A stretch of DNA of 51,663 nt, filler included, from Bipalium vagum (taxonomy: Eukaryota), in the NCBI GenBank assembly GCA_037834085.1. It is 3 parts of 3 records of this genome, joined end to end, with 100 filler letters (N's around TTAATTAATTAA, not from the genome) between each part and the next. Parts side by side here need not be neighbours in the genome. Positions count along the whole stretch, not along the records: positions 35,185 to 51,663 come from JBBMKC010109509.1; 2 more parts are not named here. One strand, written 5' to 3'. The notes below the pieces were generated by a model, which had not been told where the DNA came from, made no database searches, and saw only the letters and a program-made list of their open reading frames with translations. The number at the start of each line of letters is the position of its first letter. The stretch's first letter is position 1. Shown here piece by piece: positions 49,331 through 51,663 of the stretch. Both the position numbers and the translations under genes were made by a program.

Positions 49331-50549
49331 TTGATTTAAATCGATTTTATTAAAATAAAACGTTTAAGTTTTGCTCACAATTAAACTTAATATATTTATA
49401 TATTATATTATTTATATTTATACACAATATATATGTAGAAAATGATTTAATTAGAAAAATACTATTATAGTAATAGTTTGTCACATTGAATAACCTAAAT
49501 TATTTTTGGACAAACAGTATAATTGTTATAGAATAATAATAATATGGTCTTCCTATTTTATAATTAAAATACTTTCCCTCCCATCCCATAAATTTGTGCT
49601 TCAATATAAGAGCCTTTGGTGTTTTCTCATATCACGCACAAAGGTGTTCAGAGAATCTGTGCTGTGTTTTAAGCAAGTTTTGATATTATTTTTATCAAAA
49701 GCAAAAAGAATAATATAAATTATACTGCATTTTACATTACATAGAGAAAGTGTGGCCGTTTGATTACTACGTTGAAATCTATGCCAATAATCAGTAATTT
49801 CCACACTCAGCTAAATCTGCTTGGCAAGCTCTGAGATGAAAGCATAAGTCATACGTGTATGACAGTATTAGAAACCTGTCTGTGGATTAAGGGACTGCGC
49901 TCAGCATGAGATTGCAGTATTGCCCTAGAGGGAGCGATGATAAGAATCATGATAGCAGAAACATAATTTGTGATTGTATTCGGTATGCGTAGAACAAAGA
50001 GTCTGAGAAGACACAGATATAGAGCGTTATATGCACCACGTCCATCCTGAGTGTAAAAATGAAATGGAAAATTCTCTGCAAATTTCCATTTGCCAGGCGA
50101 TGGAGAAAGAGAAACGTTACCAATGAGCCAAGTCGGAGTGGCGAGATTAAGATACCCCATGACTTAATTGTACTGCCTTGTGACACAATATGAGTCCCAG
50201 GATAGATATTTATTCATGTAAAATTAATCAGGTCCGCAAGAGCCTTTAAAATATTTGTTTTTTATTGCTTCATTATTATTAATAATAACAATTAATTAAT
50301 CTGCCAATAGTTTTAGTTGAAATAGTTTTTTTCGACGTCTTTTATATTTTTCCATTTAAACAAGAAAGATGGATTCATTCAAGGGTGGTTTTGACATGAA
50401 TATTTTTAGTAAATATAAAGTCAGTGTTTTAATTTTTGTCCAAAAATGAGAAATCTTCAAAAAACTGTTTTTTTACAAATTGTAAATTATTCAAAATATT
50501 CGACTGAGCAATAAATAATAATATTTATACAAATATAAGCAGTAAGGTC

Positions 50550-51118
50550 ATTTCCTTAATATTTTAATTTCATGTTTTCACAGAACATCTGTTGCATGAC
50601 ACCTACACAGTGACGACCATTGTCATGCGTGGGGTCTAAATGTCCAACTCTTTTGATATCCAAAATCGTTTTATGGAAACCCACATAACGTTCTGCATTA
50701 ATAGATTGGTTATAGGGAAAAATATCTGAAATTACATGTAATCACCATTTTCCGTCATCCAATCGAGAAAGTAAAAGATCATCAAACATGCACCTTTCTT
50801 TAATGTTCAGATTTCTAGGAAAATTTTGTACTAATTTTACTCTCTGGATATTGCGGTCATCTGATATCAGATTTGAAACCCATCTTGCATTTAATAACAG
50901 TTTTGCAGATATGATTCGGTATGCTGAACAAATGTCGAGATTAGTAAGAACAAAGATTCCTCTAAAAGTATATTTAAAGTACAATTTATTGTACTGAAAT
51001 TTTCACTTTTCAGAAATCTTATATTTTTTAGTAACCTAATTTTGTATTTTATTATTTATAATTTGATAATAAAATTGGTTTGTAGTAAAAATGCCTTATT
51101 TGAACCTGGTCACCCTTA
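50550..51118 (-). mobile_element. Degenerate mariner-like transposase relic
   Basis: ICSAYRIISAKLLLNARWVSNLISDDRNIQRV (ARWVP region) and NQSINAERYVGF...HDNGRH (TINA.YY...HDNARPH). Boundaries are approximate. Confidence 0.65.
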
Positions 51119-51586
51119 TTTCTTTTTGTAAGGCAATATTCCAAATTTTAAATTTCAATAGTTAATGAATACATTATTTGATAAAGTAGAAATATTGATT
51201 AACACTAAAGGTCGCTGATAAAAATATTTACCACCATATATTTATTAAAAAAAGATTTGAGTAAATACATCTAAATTGAAAAAGTATGTACTGTTGATGA
51301 TTTTAATTAACTTTTAAAATTTATTTACTACACTCATAGTACCGAAGTGCTCACTATCTACCTATATTTCTTTTCAAATAACTGAGTTGGATCGTTTCCA
51401 TTTGATGTCTGAAATCCTTGAAAAAGACCAGCGGTGTCTGTTCAAAAATACATCATCACCAAAAAACAACGACAATGACACTAACAATTCCAAAACACCT
51501 CCTGATTTATACGATGATTCATTTCTCCACAATGGATAAATAAAATAAATAAATAATATTTTTAATGAATTTACAGTACAGATGAT

Positions 51587-51597
51587 TAATAATAATG

Positions 51598-51658
<61 letters not shown>

Positions 51659-51663
51659 TAATA
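51587..51663. repeat. (AAT)n microsatellite running off the window end
   Basis: Direct observation. Confidence 0.92.

Noticed and set aside
1-51663. Non-standard genetic code, CRISPR array, rRNA/tRNA genes or prokaryotic operon
   Set aside because: The reconstructed genes translate in the standard code and end at TAA/TAG. No repeat-spacer array or structural RNA was recognised, and the genes are spliced.

Overview
This is very AT-rich eukaryotic (animal) genomic DNA with spliceosomal GT-AG introns, so the ORF track captures only exon fragments. Two artificial 100-nt linkers (44 N + TTAATTAATTAA + 44 N, at 18548-18647 and 35085-35184) split the window into three contigs whose adjacency is unproven. 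By hand-splicing I reconstruct two complete genes on +, PGAP2 (5 exons, 269 aa) and RSU1 (8 exons, 273 aa). A complete 4-exon, 128-aa gene on - encodes only an EML/EMAP-type trimerisation coiled coil plus a basic tail, and it sits head-to-head with GLYCTK (+, 3' part lost at the gap). The second contig holds the first 7 exons (~465 aa) of a PIEZO channel (+) and, converging on it, the last 3 exons of an SLC4A11/BTR1-type transporter (-). Introns are bimodal: mostly 39-62 nt, or expanded to kilobases by transposon debris. The rest is a DNA-transposon graveyard: about 14 mariner relics (two with both TIRs and TA target duplications), Tc1-like and pogo-like fragments, an intron-containing Merlin/IS1595-type transposase pseudogene, and a gypsy integrase tail with a polypurine tract. 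The best leads are the stand-alone EML coiled-coil microprotein and the apparently truncated or interleaved PIEZO. The organism cannot be fixed from this window; a compact-intron invertebrate such as a mesozoan or flatworm is only an inference. All homology calls rest on motif recognition from memory, not on database searches.
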